Assembly (NCBI GenBank): GCA_002633005.1
Contig: NMRA01000858.1
Location: forward strand, 9,293 to 73,292
DNA: 64,000 nt
Origin: Phoronis australis
Taxonomy: Eukaryota; Animalia; Phoronida
Direction of reading: 5' to 3'
In this document: piece by piece, positions 27,106 to 40,351 of the stretch
Layout of the letters: the number at the start of each line of letters is the position of its first letter
How positions within the stretch are numbered: the stretch's first letter is position 1
The notes under the pieces: model-generated
The model's input: the letters and a program-made list of their open reading frames with translations, nothing else
Told to the model about the DNA's origin: nothing
The model's database searches: none
Translations under genes and position numbers: made by a program

Positions 27106-28613
27106 CCGTATTCGCCGTAATAACCGCCCACGGCGCTTAGAAAAGTTAGTTTCAGGAGGGGGCGCTTATTATAACCCAAGGCCGTTGAAACCCGGTCTCC
27201 GAAACGGGTGAAATCAGAAGCTAAGACTAATTATATTTACGCTCCGTGACGTATCTGTAATCTATGAAAGACTTTCTACAAAACCGTGGTGCATTGCTAT
27301 CAAACTTTGCTGCTAAATTACAATCATTTTACAGAAAATTGTGCTGAAATCACAGGGCGAAAACTCGCCGACTGCCTGCCTCGCAATCGTCGATATGGTG
27401 ACTTGAATGCTTGAACAAAAATACAGTTTCGACTCAAGCAAATTACCTGAAATCCTCCTTATGTTTTCCAAGTAGCGTCCCCAAGATTTTTAAGTTCCCG
27501 TGGAGTCGGGATCACCGCAGCCCAAGTACAAATCTGTGCTATATTGTGCCATCTACATGTATGATCAGCAACATGAGAAAAATGTCTGGACTAACAAACA
27601 TGTTGTCCCGTGACGTTTGTTTTGAAGCTGTCTGCGTTTGTGAGTAAGCGAGCGCGTGCGTGTCACCAGAGTTCATTTGCCAGAGCAGAGACCGTCTTTT
27701 GGCCACAGCCACGAAATCTAACGAGCTAGATGTGCATTGTATCTAAAGAAATTTGCACAAGCAGTAGGCCTAAACCAGAGCGTGTTTCATTCAGCACTTG
27801 CCGGTCTCATGTGCTAAAAACGTTTGAGATTGTCTCGCTAAGGCCATATTAGTCGCTGTGTGGCTGGATGCCTAGGCCTACGTGACTATCTGACAGTTAT
27901 TTTTCGGTGTAAGAGTGTGTAAGCATTCACTGTCAGTGGTTATTTTATCGGATATTTGGCTGATAAAAACACCAATTATGGTTAATCAAACATTCATTTT
28001 AAAAATAACGCAAACATTTTTATAGTATGAGAAACTGTTGGAAATTAGTGCCAATTCATTTCCTGCCGATGCTATGCTACCCGTTTCATGAATGGATAGT
28101 TCCCGACTAATGCCGTTGATGACAGGTTCATGTGTGTAGCGCGCACTTCCTGGCTTTTAACACTGGCCAAGTTGTTAAATAGTCTTCGATTCGTGGTTTT
28201 CACATGCAGGCCTACAAAGAAATTTGGATTCCTGTTGAAAGTGGGAAATATCTACAAAGCCATCCGTAGACAAGTCTACTTCTGTTCTGAAAGGCCAAAC
28301 CATTGGTCCTCGCAATATCAGCAGAACTTTTGTGTTCGTTTTGAGGAATGGCGTAAGTTTGAAGTGTATAGTCACGGCTAAATTCCGACATAACGGCGAG
28401 GCTCGCGGTCTACACATTCTGCACACAATGATTTTTTTTCAGGACTGTCTGATGTTATTGATAAATTGAAGACGTTACTGTAGAATTTTAGGACTGTAGG
28501 TAAGGCATTTTTCGCACGTACACGCTCATGGACTGGGCGCTTACTTTAGCAAAGTCTGAAAACGTGTGGGGGAGCACTTATAGAGGCATGGGCGGTTATT
28601 ATGGTGAATACGG
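27106..28613 (-). mobile_element. Tc1/mariner non-autonomous element, copy 2, inverted relative to copy 1
   Basis: Same TIRs, with TA at 27104-27105 and 28614-28615. The internal sequence is the reverse complement of 19088-20589. A third fragment lies at 32410-32606. Confidence 0.9.
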
Positions 28614-29022
28614 TATGTTGTTGGGATTGTGAAATAAGTTTAGTTAATGGGAACACTCTAAGACAAAAAATTTTCACTTAATAAAATGTAATTTAAAAGT
28701 TGTCACTTGAATTAAGTCACACCAAAAGCCTACAGTTGGATTTGCCTATTGTTTAGTGTCATTTAAAATTAGATATTGCGCAACAACATAACTCAAACCC
28801 AAATCAAATTTTTTTTTAATTAAATGATGTTACTTGAAATAAAAATGTTAATCCAAGTCGTATATCAACAGCCTGCTTTATACTTTTTTGGCAAACTGTG
28901 TCGAGCCCCCTTATTATAAGGTTTATTGCTCTTTTCTATCTCTGACCATGACATTATAGCTGCCATGTGCTCAACTACATGAAGTAGCCCCAAAGGCAAA
29001 TATCACACAATATGCATCATAC

Positions 29023-29191
29023 CAAGTCTTGCCAGCACTACCCAGTCCAACCATCATCAGTTTGGTCTCCTTGTACATCACTAGCGAGCCAGTCAGCAGA
29101 CGTCTCAAATATCCCAAGATTGTTGAAAGGCCTCGGTTGACGATCTCTCACGGAGGTGTCTTTAAAGATGGACAGTTCTTTAAGGTCAAAG
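29023..29191 (-). pseudogene. Roco pseudogene exon B (last LRR, LRR-Roc linker and P-loop)
   Basis: CCCCATAG acceptor (phase 1) and TG|GTATGA donor (phase 2). Reads (A)LTLKNCPSLKTPP*EIVNRGLSTILGYLRRLLTGSLVMYKETKLMMVGLGSAGKT, with TGA at 29148-29150. Confidence 0.9.
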
Positions 29192-31054
29192 CTATGGGGT
29201 AACAAAACAGTTTCTGGTAATGAAATGAGTAAATTAAACGTAAAAAGGAGAATCAAGTACAACTTGCACTAAAACTGAACAAAAACGGTTTAAAAACAAT
29301 AGAGATACAGCCTACATGTGGATTGTTCCAAAACCCCTCAACCCCACACCCCTCGACCCCCCAACCCACCACTTACAATATCCAAAGCTGGGCTTGGCTC
29401 TGTTACGTTATCGAATCACCTTTGGCTTTGCTGGGTCTGGCTGGTATTAGTAATATACATGTAACACCTGTCACGGACAGGATCACTGGTGATACACTTG
29501 TGCATTAATCCCGTCCCCTGACCATTCCCATGACAACAGAAGGCGAATAACTTCAGGGCTGACTGACATTGCCTGCAAGCATCTGATTGGACAATACTAG
29601 CTTCGAGCACCTGGCTACTATTGTAGAACTCAGTAAGATGGGAAAAATTCTGCTCAAAGGTGCGTCAGTGAACCACCAGCTTAACATCAGTATAAGCAGA
29701 GAGGTTGGTTGGTGGTGCATGAGTCAGCGAGGTAATCTGCATGTCGGCGTGGCCATGCATGACGAAAGACGAGATCACTGTATGAGGATGGCGTGATCGG
29801 AAGACACCCCAGATGGTTGGGACATTTTCAGACTGAATTTCCGTTAACAGTTATAAAATTGGTGGCAAAGAACATGGTGTGGTTCTCCACGACTAGTCTA
29901 GGTGTGATAGCTTAGCTAGGGCATGTTGCATAGTCATTTAGTCTCATATTCTAAATGTATACTATATGTGTGTGCACACGGTGGCAGCCACTGCCTCTAG
30001 CAATGACATTGTCAGCAAAAATTATTTAGTAGCCCATCCAACACANCCTACATGTGGATTGTTCCAAAACCCCTCAACCCCACACCCCTCGACCCCCCAA
30101 CCCACCACTTACAATATCCAAAGCTGGGCTTGGCTTCGTCAGGTTATCGAATCACCTTTGGCTTTGCTGGGTCTGGCTGGTATTAGTACTATACCTGTAA
30201 CACATGTCACGGACAGGATCACTGGTGATACACTTGTGCATTTAAATCCCGTCCCCTGACCATTCCCATGACAACAGAAGGCGCATAACTTCAGGGCTGA
30301 CTGACATTGCCTGCAAGCATCTGATTGGACAATACTAGCTTCGAGCACCTGGCTACTATTGTAGAACTCAGTAAGATGAGAAAAATTCTGCTCAAAGGTG
30401 CGTCAGTGAACCACCAGCTTAACTTCAGTATAAGCAGAGAGGTTGGTTGGTGGTGCATGAGTCAGCGAGGTAATCTGCATGTCGGCCTGGCCATGCATGA
30501 CGAAAGACCAGATCACTGTATGAGGAAGGCGTGATCGGAAGATACCCCAGATGGTTGGGACATTTTCAGACTGAAGTTTCGTTAACAGTTATAAAATTGG
30601 TGGCAAAGAATATGGTGTGGTTCTCCACGACTAGTCTAGGTGTGATAGCTTAGCTAGGGCATGTTGCATAGTCATTTAGTCTCATATTCTAAATGTATAC
30701 TGTTTGTGTGCACACGGTGGCAGCCACTGCCTCTAGCAATGACATTGTCAGCAAAAATTATTTAGTAGTCCATCCAACACAGTTAGTTGCAGCATCGAAA
30801 GATTCATCTGTTATTACTATGATGGCATCACCACCGCCAAGGTCATATCATAGCTGACAGCACAATGCCTGGGATACTGCAAGGGACTATTCCAGAGCTT
30901 TTCTGTTGAAAGCAATGGTGACATTCAGTCTCTCATCAAGTTCTTGTACTCACAGTCAAGTAGCACCTTGTGAGATAATGTGTTCGCCAAGGATGTCCAT
31001 GGTTGCGTTTACAGCAACGGCAATCCACAAGCATCTGCTAAGTCTTTGGCAAAT

Positions 31055-34000
31055 CACAATCAAGGTCCATATTTGTTAGCCACTTTTGGTGAAAAGTGAA
31101 GGTTGTCATATAACTGTAACAGCTGAGTTATTATGAAGTACCATCATTCCATGTTTGTAATCTAAAATATTTTTGCACAAGAACCACCGAATAAAATTTT
31201 ATGGCCTAATGCATCACAGTTGTATAAAAGGGCATGTACACTACAACCTGTGGTCACAGCCCACTTGTATCACGGAAAAATCCATAAGGTAGCTGTTCTT
31301 GATCAAATTGAAGAAGTATCACATACTAAAGTAAGAAAAGTTATTACCCTGCTGATCAAGTTTTTCTAGATCATGACACATTGCATATCTTAACACAGTA
31401 TAATGAGAACGTCTCCTGCAATATGATTCTTACAAAAAGTAAATGACAAGTAACTACTTTTTTCAAAATCTTTGTTAGTGCTATTTGCCTAGTTACCAAC
31501 ACATTCACCAGTTGGTCAAAATAGTTAAAGCAGTGCTAGGCCCAGTGTTCAACTTTTAAACAGTAAAAAATGGTACTGGTTGAGGGCTACATACACTACG
31601 CACAGTCAATCAACGCCAAAGTTTGACTAAGTTACAAATGTATGGGATGGTTTTGTGCTGCCTCTACTTGTTGGTTTGTTGCAAGTTGTCTTAAGAGATA
31701 GAGAACCTGCCTCTGCAACATCAGTTGTTACATAACGTGTCTTCTAGGATCTTACTAGCAAAGTCCTCAGTGTGGCATTTTATTGTCCACAAATTTGATA
31801 ATGTCCATTGTTTTTTTGTCAAACTAGATGCGTTTTTCAAATATCATTATTGTTCATGAGATGTAAAAATACTAGTGGACAATTACTTTATAGCAGAGAG
31901 ACTGAAAGTACGTACACTACACAGGGTACGTACACTACATTTCAATGACATATCAGGTTTGTAAAAAACAATTAGAATCTACTGAGAGTTAGTTCATTTA
32001 CCAAATCTATTCAAAGAGAACAAATAAAAACTGCAGCATACATGTGTATATCCATCTGTCAGTACTTAAACAGGCACTGAGAATTAGTTGACTTAATCAA
32101 TTCCAAGACAAAAAATAACAGCATTCATGTGCATATATGTCATACTTTAAAAATAGGGAAAAACTAAAATATAGGTAGACGTACACTACACAAATGCTAA
32201 TATTTCACTCAAAACAAATGTATTTGCAATAAACACTTTTATAACCTAACATTTTTAAGGAAGGAAACTATAAATGACCGATAATGCTTTAAAGGAGCAT
32301 GCCACCCAAAAAACAAACCTAATTTGTATCAATTTAGATCGAGTAGTCCTACTCCATAACGACACGTACGGTTGCGTTACCCGACGGCAGACGGAGGTCT
32401 TGAAATTANCTCGCAATATCAGCAGAACTTTTGTGTTCGTTTTGAGGCATGGCGTAAGTTTGAAGTGCATAGTCACGGCTAAATTGCGACATAACGGCGA
32501 GGCTCGTGGTCTACACATTCTGCACACAATGATTTTTTTTCAGCACTGTCGGATCTTATTGATAAATTTAAGACATAACTGTAGAATTTTAGGACTGTAG
32601 GTAAGGAATCTACTGAGAGTTAGTTCATTTACCAAATCTATTCAAAGAGAACAAATAAAAACTGCAGCATACATGTGTATATCCATCTGTCATTACTTAA
32701 ACAGGCACTGAGAGTTAGTTGATTTACTTAATCAATTCCAAGAGAAAAAAATACCAGCATTCATGTGGATATATGTCATACTTTAAAAATAGGCACAAAC
32801 TAAAATATAGGTAGACGTACACTACACAAATGCTAATATTTCACTCAAAACAAATGTATTTGCAATAAACAATTTTATAACCTAACATTTTTAAGAAAGG
32901 AAACATTACTATAAATGACCAATAATGCTTTAAAGGAGCATGCCACCCAAAAAACAACCTAATTTGTATCAATTTAGATCGAGTAGTCCTACTCCATAAC
33001 GATACGTATGGTTGCATTACCTGACGGCAGACGGAGGTCTTGAAATTATCCAATGACGTCATCGGTTTCACACGCAGTCAGTTCAGCAGTTCACAGCAAG
33101 GGTTACTGGTGTCAGCTTATCACTTGAAGTCATCGTTCAACACCAATAGATACCAATAAATCATCAAACTTCAATGTAAAACCCTTAAAAATACACCGAT
33201 TTCTTATAAAAACGTGTTGTTTTATTTCGCTCTTACGGATTTATTGGTATTTGGACACACCGTAGCCTACAAAGTTCGGCAGGCCAATAAGGTCAGTAGC
33301 AGGAGTTTGGGGTCTGTTCGGAGATAATTTCGAAGTATTTTCCGTGACATACAGACAGGAGAACCTAGATCTGNCCCGATCAGGCTCGTCGCGGCCGACC
33401 GGAGTTGACTCCGCCGTTATCCCGGCCAGTGGCTCGGAAACTGATTAGACATAACGGACATAAAACAGCCAACGTTCAGTGGAAACTAAACTTTCAGTCA
33501 AGAAAATATTATACTAGTGAGCCAAAGTAATGTGCACGTGATTATGTTGGTGATTTAGCCACGAAACTGCAAATCTACTTACTCGTTGGGGGCCGCGAAT
33601 TCAGGTTCAGCTTTGGCCACAGCACCGTCAGGGCAGAAGTTGTGCATTGACAATAATTATTTGAGTAATGTAAATGTAAATAAAGATTCCCCTAACACCT
33701 GGCCGTGGGATGGAATTCCAGTTATTTCACAACAGTTTCTGCCAGCAAACACTAAATTAGCATGAGCTCACAAGGCCTCGGTGTCCCGTCAATTTATTTT
33801 TGTTGCGCTTAAAGCCGGTAACGCGGTGATTTATTCATTGCTGGCTTCTCAAATCATTTGCACTCACGAACACTCCAAAGGCATTACAAATTACATCTAA
33901 TGAGACAGACTTTGTTTCAGTTTTATATTGGTTTGGGTGAGAATAATTCATTTTGAAACAGAACGCTCAGTAATAAACGGCAACTTGCAATCCCGACTTA

Positions 34001-35354
34001 GGNGCAGGTGGATCGTTAAGTTTTACACCCTATCAATTCGAACAGGAACACAGTGATGAAGCAATACTAGAGAGGCGCCAGGAACAAGCTCAGACAACGG
34101 AACGTATGGAGTTATTTGGTAAGCCGGCATTCGTCAGGCACTGTCGGTGTCTGCAGGCCACAGACACGGAGATGTTTCACGGCCTCATACTTGGTATTTA
34201 CAGCGTACATTTCATTCTTCACTACCATGAGCCACTTCTTAAGCATTTCGCACTCTGGAGGAAGTAAAAAAAAAATGATATACCCGTTTTCCTCACAACT
34301 GCTTAGTGCCAACAAGCGGGAACGATGCACCGAAACATAGCAGCATTCACTCTGCATATGAACCACTGATGTTGCTACCTTCGTTTCTCACCTTCCTCAC
34401 AGGTTAACGCGACACCTCTTGGCAAGTTAATGTCGACCGTATGCGAGGCGAAGTGGATATAGACCGATTAAGATGGCAAAAAAGGCTAATTACATCGGGT
34501 GGCATTCTCCTTTAAATTACTAAGTGATATTTTAATTTCATGACATGGTGGTACGTACACTACAAAAGGAGGTATTGTACAATACATCACTGTTCCAGCA
34601 TCACATTGTAACATAATGTTGTATGGCCACTTATTTATCTTCATAATAATAAGCACCAGGTTGTTATTTAAAAGGCAATAATATCTTGTAGTGACCATTT
34701 GTGTTACTGTAATCCACATGGGGGCATGTACACTACATTTTGTTAGCCTTTTTGGCCCATTTTCAANAAAGGCAATAATATCTTGCAGTGACCATTTGTG
34801 TTACTGTAATCCACATGGGGGCATGTACATTACATTTTGTTAGGCTAAGCCTTTTTGGCCCATTTTCAACAAAGCAGAACCCAGTCAATATCCAAACTTT
34901 TGGTTTGTTTAAATATTGAATAATTTGCAGTGTTGCCTAGGCTAACATATTCTGCAGTTCTTTTTTTACAGAGTGTGAACTTTACTTTTAACCTTCTTTA
35001 CATTAGATAAGGGTTAGAAACACAACTTCATCTAAGTGATTCTGAAAGTGACTCAAATTATTCCCAGTCATATCTAACCAGTTGCTTGCTTAATAAAAAA
35101 AATTTCTTTTCTACTGTTGACAGTTGAAAATTGTAATTTTTACAATTGTCACTCATAACACTAAAAATGCATGAAATTCATAGACAAAAACATGCATAAA
35201 TTTTTCAAACGTCTGATTTTGATGGATTCTTTTTTAATTTGCACAATTAAATAACTCTTTGCATATGAGATTCAGTTGGCATTTGGTAAGTGACCAGAAA
35301 ATTTATTCTAGACCGTAACACTGTCAACTCTCAAATATATGGACCTTGATTGTG
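31055..35354. mobile_element. CMC (EnSpm/Mirage-like) DNA transposon, 4.3 kb
   Basis: Perfect 18-bp TIRs CACAATCAAGGTCCATAT, CAC...GTG termini and a 2-bp AT direct repeat on both flanks. Dispersed internal GTACACTAC motifs. Confidence 0.7.
34150..34338 (-). pseudogene. THAP (C2CH) zinc-finger remnant inside the CMC-like element
   Basis: From ATG 34338: MFRCIVPACWH*AVVRKTGISFF, a frameshift in poly-T, then LPPECEMLKKWLMVVK...KHLRVCGL. This follows the THAP pattern CxVPxC...FFxxP...W...RVC. Confidence 0.7.
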
Positions 35355-35499
35355 ATTTAGCGGACTTCAAAAAGGTCTGTGACAAAGTCGATAGGCTGCT
35401 GTTGCAAGGACGGGGTTCAAGCATCTGTCAAGTGCAGTATTCACTTGGCTGTGTAGAGGATGGATGGGGCTTTGAAGAGCCTTGGCTACAGTAATACCT

Positions 35500-37800
35500 T
35501 ATAGAACAAACTGTCAGTCTGCAATGCTGGGAACACCAACAAGGTAATGTAATGCTGAGACTGAAGTCAGTCTTGTACATCCGATTTTTTGGAGTCTCTA
35601 AAAATTGTTAAATTGTTGATTTTTACTGAATATGTTGATCATGGGGAGAGCGTAGTTGAAAACCGAAGTCATGAGGTCTTTAAAAAGCATGACAACGTGC
35701 CTTTTTTGCCATCCGACTGGTTGCAGCCCGAAGGGTGTTGATTCTTCTATTAGCATGGCTGATCATACTGTTAACTTGAGTTGTGAAGTTGAGCCTGCGG
35801 GTTGTACACCCAAGTGAGACATCTGGTCAGATGATTTAATCACCTTCCATCATAGATGGGACAAGGGAAATTGTCGAAACTGAGGCAATTGTCCAGAGTA
35901 CAGAAGAGAGCTTCACACGTCCCCATTGCAGTTCATTCCAGAGTAGCACAATACTCCCAGATTTCCATCGAGTGTAGACTGTGCTTTGTGAAGAATCTCC
36001 TGATGTGTTTGTCCTTGTGATGACAGCAGCATATCATCCGTGAAGACAGGGAGTTGGCAGTCGGCACGGTTCAGTCTGGCAAGTGGGAAGGTGTAGATAT
36101 TGAACAGCACTGGGGACAGAGGTGAACCTTCAGGTAAGCTGGTGTTGACACCAACCCATTCTAAACACAACNCAAGTGGGAAGGTGTAGATATTGAACAG
36201 CACTGGGGACAGAGGTGAACCTTCAGGTAAGCTGGTGTTGACACCAACCCATTCTAAGCACAACATGCGATGTTTTAGCATGCAGCGCCGGCTGCTGAGG
36301 GTGTTCATCACCCATCTAATGCTCTGTACAGGAATACCAAGATGAAGCATGCCAAACACAAGTTTTGGAAGTTGAACAAAATTGTAAGCAACTTCTAAAT
36401 CAAGACCAACAAGTAGAGTGTTTTCCTCGTTTTCAATGCCTTGCCATAAGTCATTTTCAACAGAAGCTGCATTGGCCCATGAATCTCTACCTGGTAGATA
36501 AGCACCTATTCCTGGGAGGAGCCAGGGTTCTATGAACTTGGTGATTCTTTGCGCCATGACATTTTCAGGGATTTTCCCAATGACGTCCTGCATCACTATG
36601 ATGCGGTATCCCTTGAGAGTGTGATGGTCCTTTCTAGGTTTGGGTACAGGACTTAAGAATGTATCTGCGAGGGATAATTCCACTGGCCAAACTGATGTCA
36701 TACTTCACAAGATTGGCTAACAAAAAGTCAGGTAGACTTGAGTGTTAGAACTATCAAGCCTTTGGGGTCAGGGGCACCCTCTTTGCAAGTTTTGATAGCC
36801 TCCGCAATCTTTATTGCACAGACTTTACAGTTATGTTCAGCAGTCCTGCAGAGTCCATCAAGTTGTTGGATGAGGTGGTCTCTTTCAGATTGATCACTGT
36901 GGTCACTTTGCTGGATGAAACGCATGGGAAAAGCCTCACCCTGTTCGCTGTCACTCCCGAGAAAGATTTCGTTTTCATTCAATTGGATGGATCTGGGAGG
37001 AGCGCGTCTCTTTTCCATGTTACGATCAAAGTGCCAGAAACCTGTAGCTGTCAAGTTGGATCGGCTACAAAGCTCATCCCATCGACGGTTAGCAGCCTCA
37101 GATGCTGAATCCATGATTTGAACAGAGCAGTGGCCCAATTCTGGCTATTCTGACGACCTTCAACTCTTTGGCATGCATGACCAAAAGTCCGCTCTTTGGA
37201 GCGCTTGTTAGCCCAGGTAGTGTCAACATCTTTATTCCACCAAGTAGGAGCATTCTGCTGCCTGTGGTATGGTATGTGCTTATATAGGCTTTTGGAATGT
37301 CAGCAAGCTGATTTCCAGATTTCATCCCCTTCGGTTTGATTGTAGGGGCATTTAACTGTTGTTGCTGGAGCCTTTAGTTGGTGGTGTAGCTGAACCTCAC
37401 ACAAGTAGTGATTACTTCCAACTTGACATCTCCTAAGCCACTCAGTATGGTCATGAAGACTATCGCTGCTCAGAGCAAGGTCAGTGCACCACTCTTCGTC
37501 ATCCAGTCTCACAGCCATTCTTGTGGGTTAACCAAAGTTGAGAGTATATAAATCTTTTTCAGAAAGGCATTCAGAAAGACCATTATCATTCAGGTTCTCA
37601 CCGTAGACATCCTAGCTGGAGTGCCGAGCACTGAAATCCCTGACAATAAGAATGTCTGAATATATGTGAAGTAGATTATGGAAAAAATTCCAATGGTGAC
37701 ACATCTAGGAGAGGAGTTCCCCAGATAAACAGACTGACTAGAGTAAATAGGTCACAGAGACTAAGATCAGTGACGCTTGTAACCTGCAGTTGCCTCTCAG
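35500..37800 (-). mobile_element. Degraded LINE (I/Jockey-group-like) with APE and RT; boundaries approximate
   Basis: PVPKPRKD...GYRII, LDLEVAYN, LPEGSPLSPVLFNIYT and VFTDD (35913-36701). APE-like DLALSS...GSNH at 37300-37518. Confidence 0.8.
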
Positions 37801-40168
37801 TGGTAGTGCATGACGGCGACATCCCGTTGCTCCCAACTTGTTCGATTCTATAGCCCAACAACAAGTTAGGAAGTTCACCCCCGTAGCCAATATCTTACAC
37901 GACTGATTAACTGCATTCTGGCATTTATGATTGGAGGGCCTGCGCTCTTTTGTTTGATAATTGCTCTAATCTCTGATCAGATCGTATCTAGCCTGATTGG
38001 GCTGGGCTGATAAAAATGAAAGTAAAGTTCTAACATATTTGAGTTTAAACCAAAAGCATTTCTGAATTCCTTGTCAAATGCTGATAATGTTCCATTTTTG
38101 AATCATCAAAATCGCCCAACTACAACAGAAGTTAAGACAATCTATTCTGTCCAAACAGATTACCAACACACTGGGTTTGACTGTGTCCATAAGCGTTCAG
38201 TAATAGCGTGCAACCACCATACGTTTTCTTTGAAGCCTGGGAGATAATTGGCCTGCTTGTTATCATACAGGACAAAAGACTGAGCTGGGCAGTTAACAAA
38301 AGAGCCAGATGTTATCGCATGCTCAGCACCCCTCATGTCTGGAAAAGTTACTGAACGACAGAACGCTGTAATGGAAACAGTGAGTATCCACAACCTCTAC
38401 TATGGCGTGGCTGTCTTTGCTGATTGCGTACGCCAGGCCAATAGCGATGCCCTCTCTGGAAAAATGAAACGCTTGAGCTCAAAGTCCACTAGGCCCTTGA
38501 GTTTGGTTTCTTGAAACAGGCGAATGTTGAAGCCCGGAGATTGGTATTAAGAATACTGTGCGTATTTTTTGCAATATGAGAGGTGATTCGGCAAGTTGAA
38601 AAGTCGAAAAAAGCGACCAAATCATATCAAAGACTTATCAACGTAACAAATGTCGTTCTTGACAGGGTGTAATCGTCTTGTTTGCTCTTCAGGGAATGGT
38701 AGATTCAAGCTACTTTTGGGAGAGCACAAGGAACTCGTGAATATGTAATTGCTAATTAGTAAATAGAGTTCGAAAAAACTAAACGTTAGCTAAAAAGAAT
38801 CTGTAAGTTTCGTGGACTATATTGTAAACAAGTATACACCAGAAAGCAAATAATAAAGATGTGAAATTTATGTGTATACACGTTGACGTAATCTCTCCCT
38901 AAGTTTAGTAGAACAGGGTCATTCATAGCTGCTCCTGAAACTATTTCTGTCATAACGATAGCACACTCACATTATCTGCCATCTCCCATCATGTTCTGGT
39001 GTAACTTCCTGTTTTTAACCACCAGAACCAGAGCAGATTTGTGTAATTTAGTCTTATGGGAAAGTCACTCAACGACATAGTAAGACTATGAAATTTTTAA
39101 AAACCATAAAGATACTTCTATTGTTGCAGGTCGTGGGTTTGTGGATCGCATGAGCAGTGGGAGTCCTTAATTGAGGGGTTGTGGGTCGAGCGGGTTGTGG
39201 ATGTTTCAGAACAATCCCCTGGATGCTTGAAATGACTAACTACAAAAAAGAGCCAAATTTTCCAGGGTATATATTATTCTAAGAACAAACAGGCTTGTGT
39301 TATAGAAATATTTTTGTGTTATAAAATTTAACTGAACTAAAGGTTTTTGCATAAAAAAGACAAAATAATGATAGGAACTTGAAATCAAGAGGAAATCATT
39401 TTAAAAGAGGAAAATTCCAAGTCCTGATGCTCCACAACTGCATGAGTTAGTTTGTCATTTTGTTGCCAGGAGTAACCAGTCTCAGAATCATGTTAACTCT
39501 TAGCAAAATTAGATCTAAGTTAGGTAGTGAAAATTGATTTATGCAGCAATCAGTAAGCAGAATCGGAATGAAATAAAACTAGCCTGGTTGCATAGGTCAC
39601 ATAAAATCCCAATGGTTCTGAAATCTCTTCTTCGTCAAGGGGTTACACAGTGACACTCTGATTGCAGCAGAAGACAGCATTACATTTAACAAGACACCAC
39701 TTTTGAGTCACACAAAGCAGTAGTGTTTCATTCCTGAAGGACATCTCCTTTGAATATGTCTATGAGACGTGTCTCGTATTGAAGGTGTCAGATGGTGTCA
39801 TTGACAGTATTTGAATGCAGGAAGAGGGAGGTGTCCATCATAAAATACAATACCCATTTGCAAGGTTACAATTGGACATGGGTTTCAAGACACCCTTTAG
39901 TATAACCTCCTATTGTGTGCTGAAAGCAGCAAATCAAATACTGAAGTGTTAATTAACTCTCAATTCAGACTTTGAAATACTACTTCCAACAAAGGTATCA
40001 TAAAAACAAACTTTGGCTCACCAATGAAATATTGCACTTCATTGACTAATAGTAGCATTACCGGTGCACACACAATCGCACTTCATATAATTTTATCAAA
40101 TTTTTTAACCAACTGATTTTCAACGTACAATAAAAGTCTAACTATTATTAACTGAGTTCAAAATTCAC

Positions 40169-40351
40169 CTTTAATAAGTAGCTGCGACACTTCACCAGGT
40201 ATCATCACCAGCACTGGATTGTGACGTAGACGTAACTCGACCAATTTGGTCATCGTAGACAACTGGATTGCAATCTCCGTGATGGCATGATAAGACAGGA
40301 AGAGAGTAGCGAGATTCTTCAAAGCAGGTGTATGAAATGGAAACCCAGGCT
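40169..40351 (-). pseudogene. Roco pseudogene exon A (two LRRs)
   Basis: TTTGTAG acceptor and AAG|GTGAAT donor, 183 nt, phase 1-1. Reads PGFPFHTPALKNLATLFLSYHAITEIAIQLSTMTKLVELRLRHNPVLVMIPGEVSQLLIK and splices in phase to exon B. Confidence 0.8.

Larger units (their letters stand above)
29320..39217. mobile_element. Putative old Mutator-like element hosting nested insertions
   Basis: Inverted ends GGATTGTTC...GAACAATCC with short ACCC-rich subterminal repeats. The 9-bp flanks CCTACATGT and CCTGGATGC match 6/9. The left end is duplicated at 30056. Confidence 0.4.

Noticed and set aside
20973-29150. All three Roco stops are TGA, suggesting selenocysteine or readthrough recoding
   Set aside because: They are more simply explained by CGA>TGA or TGG>TGA point mutations, and one replaces a conserved Trp. 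A frameshift and other degenerate residues also occur.
29038-29262. ORF-track peptide MYLILLF...DDGWTG
   Set aside because: Wrong frame; the meaningful frame is Roco exon B.
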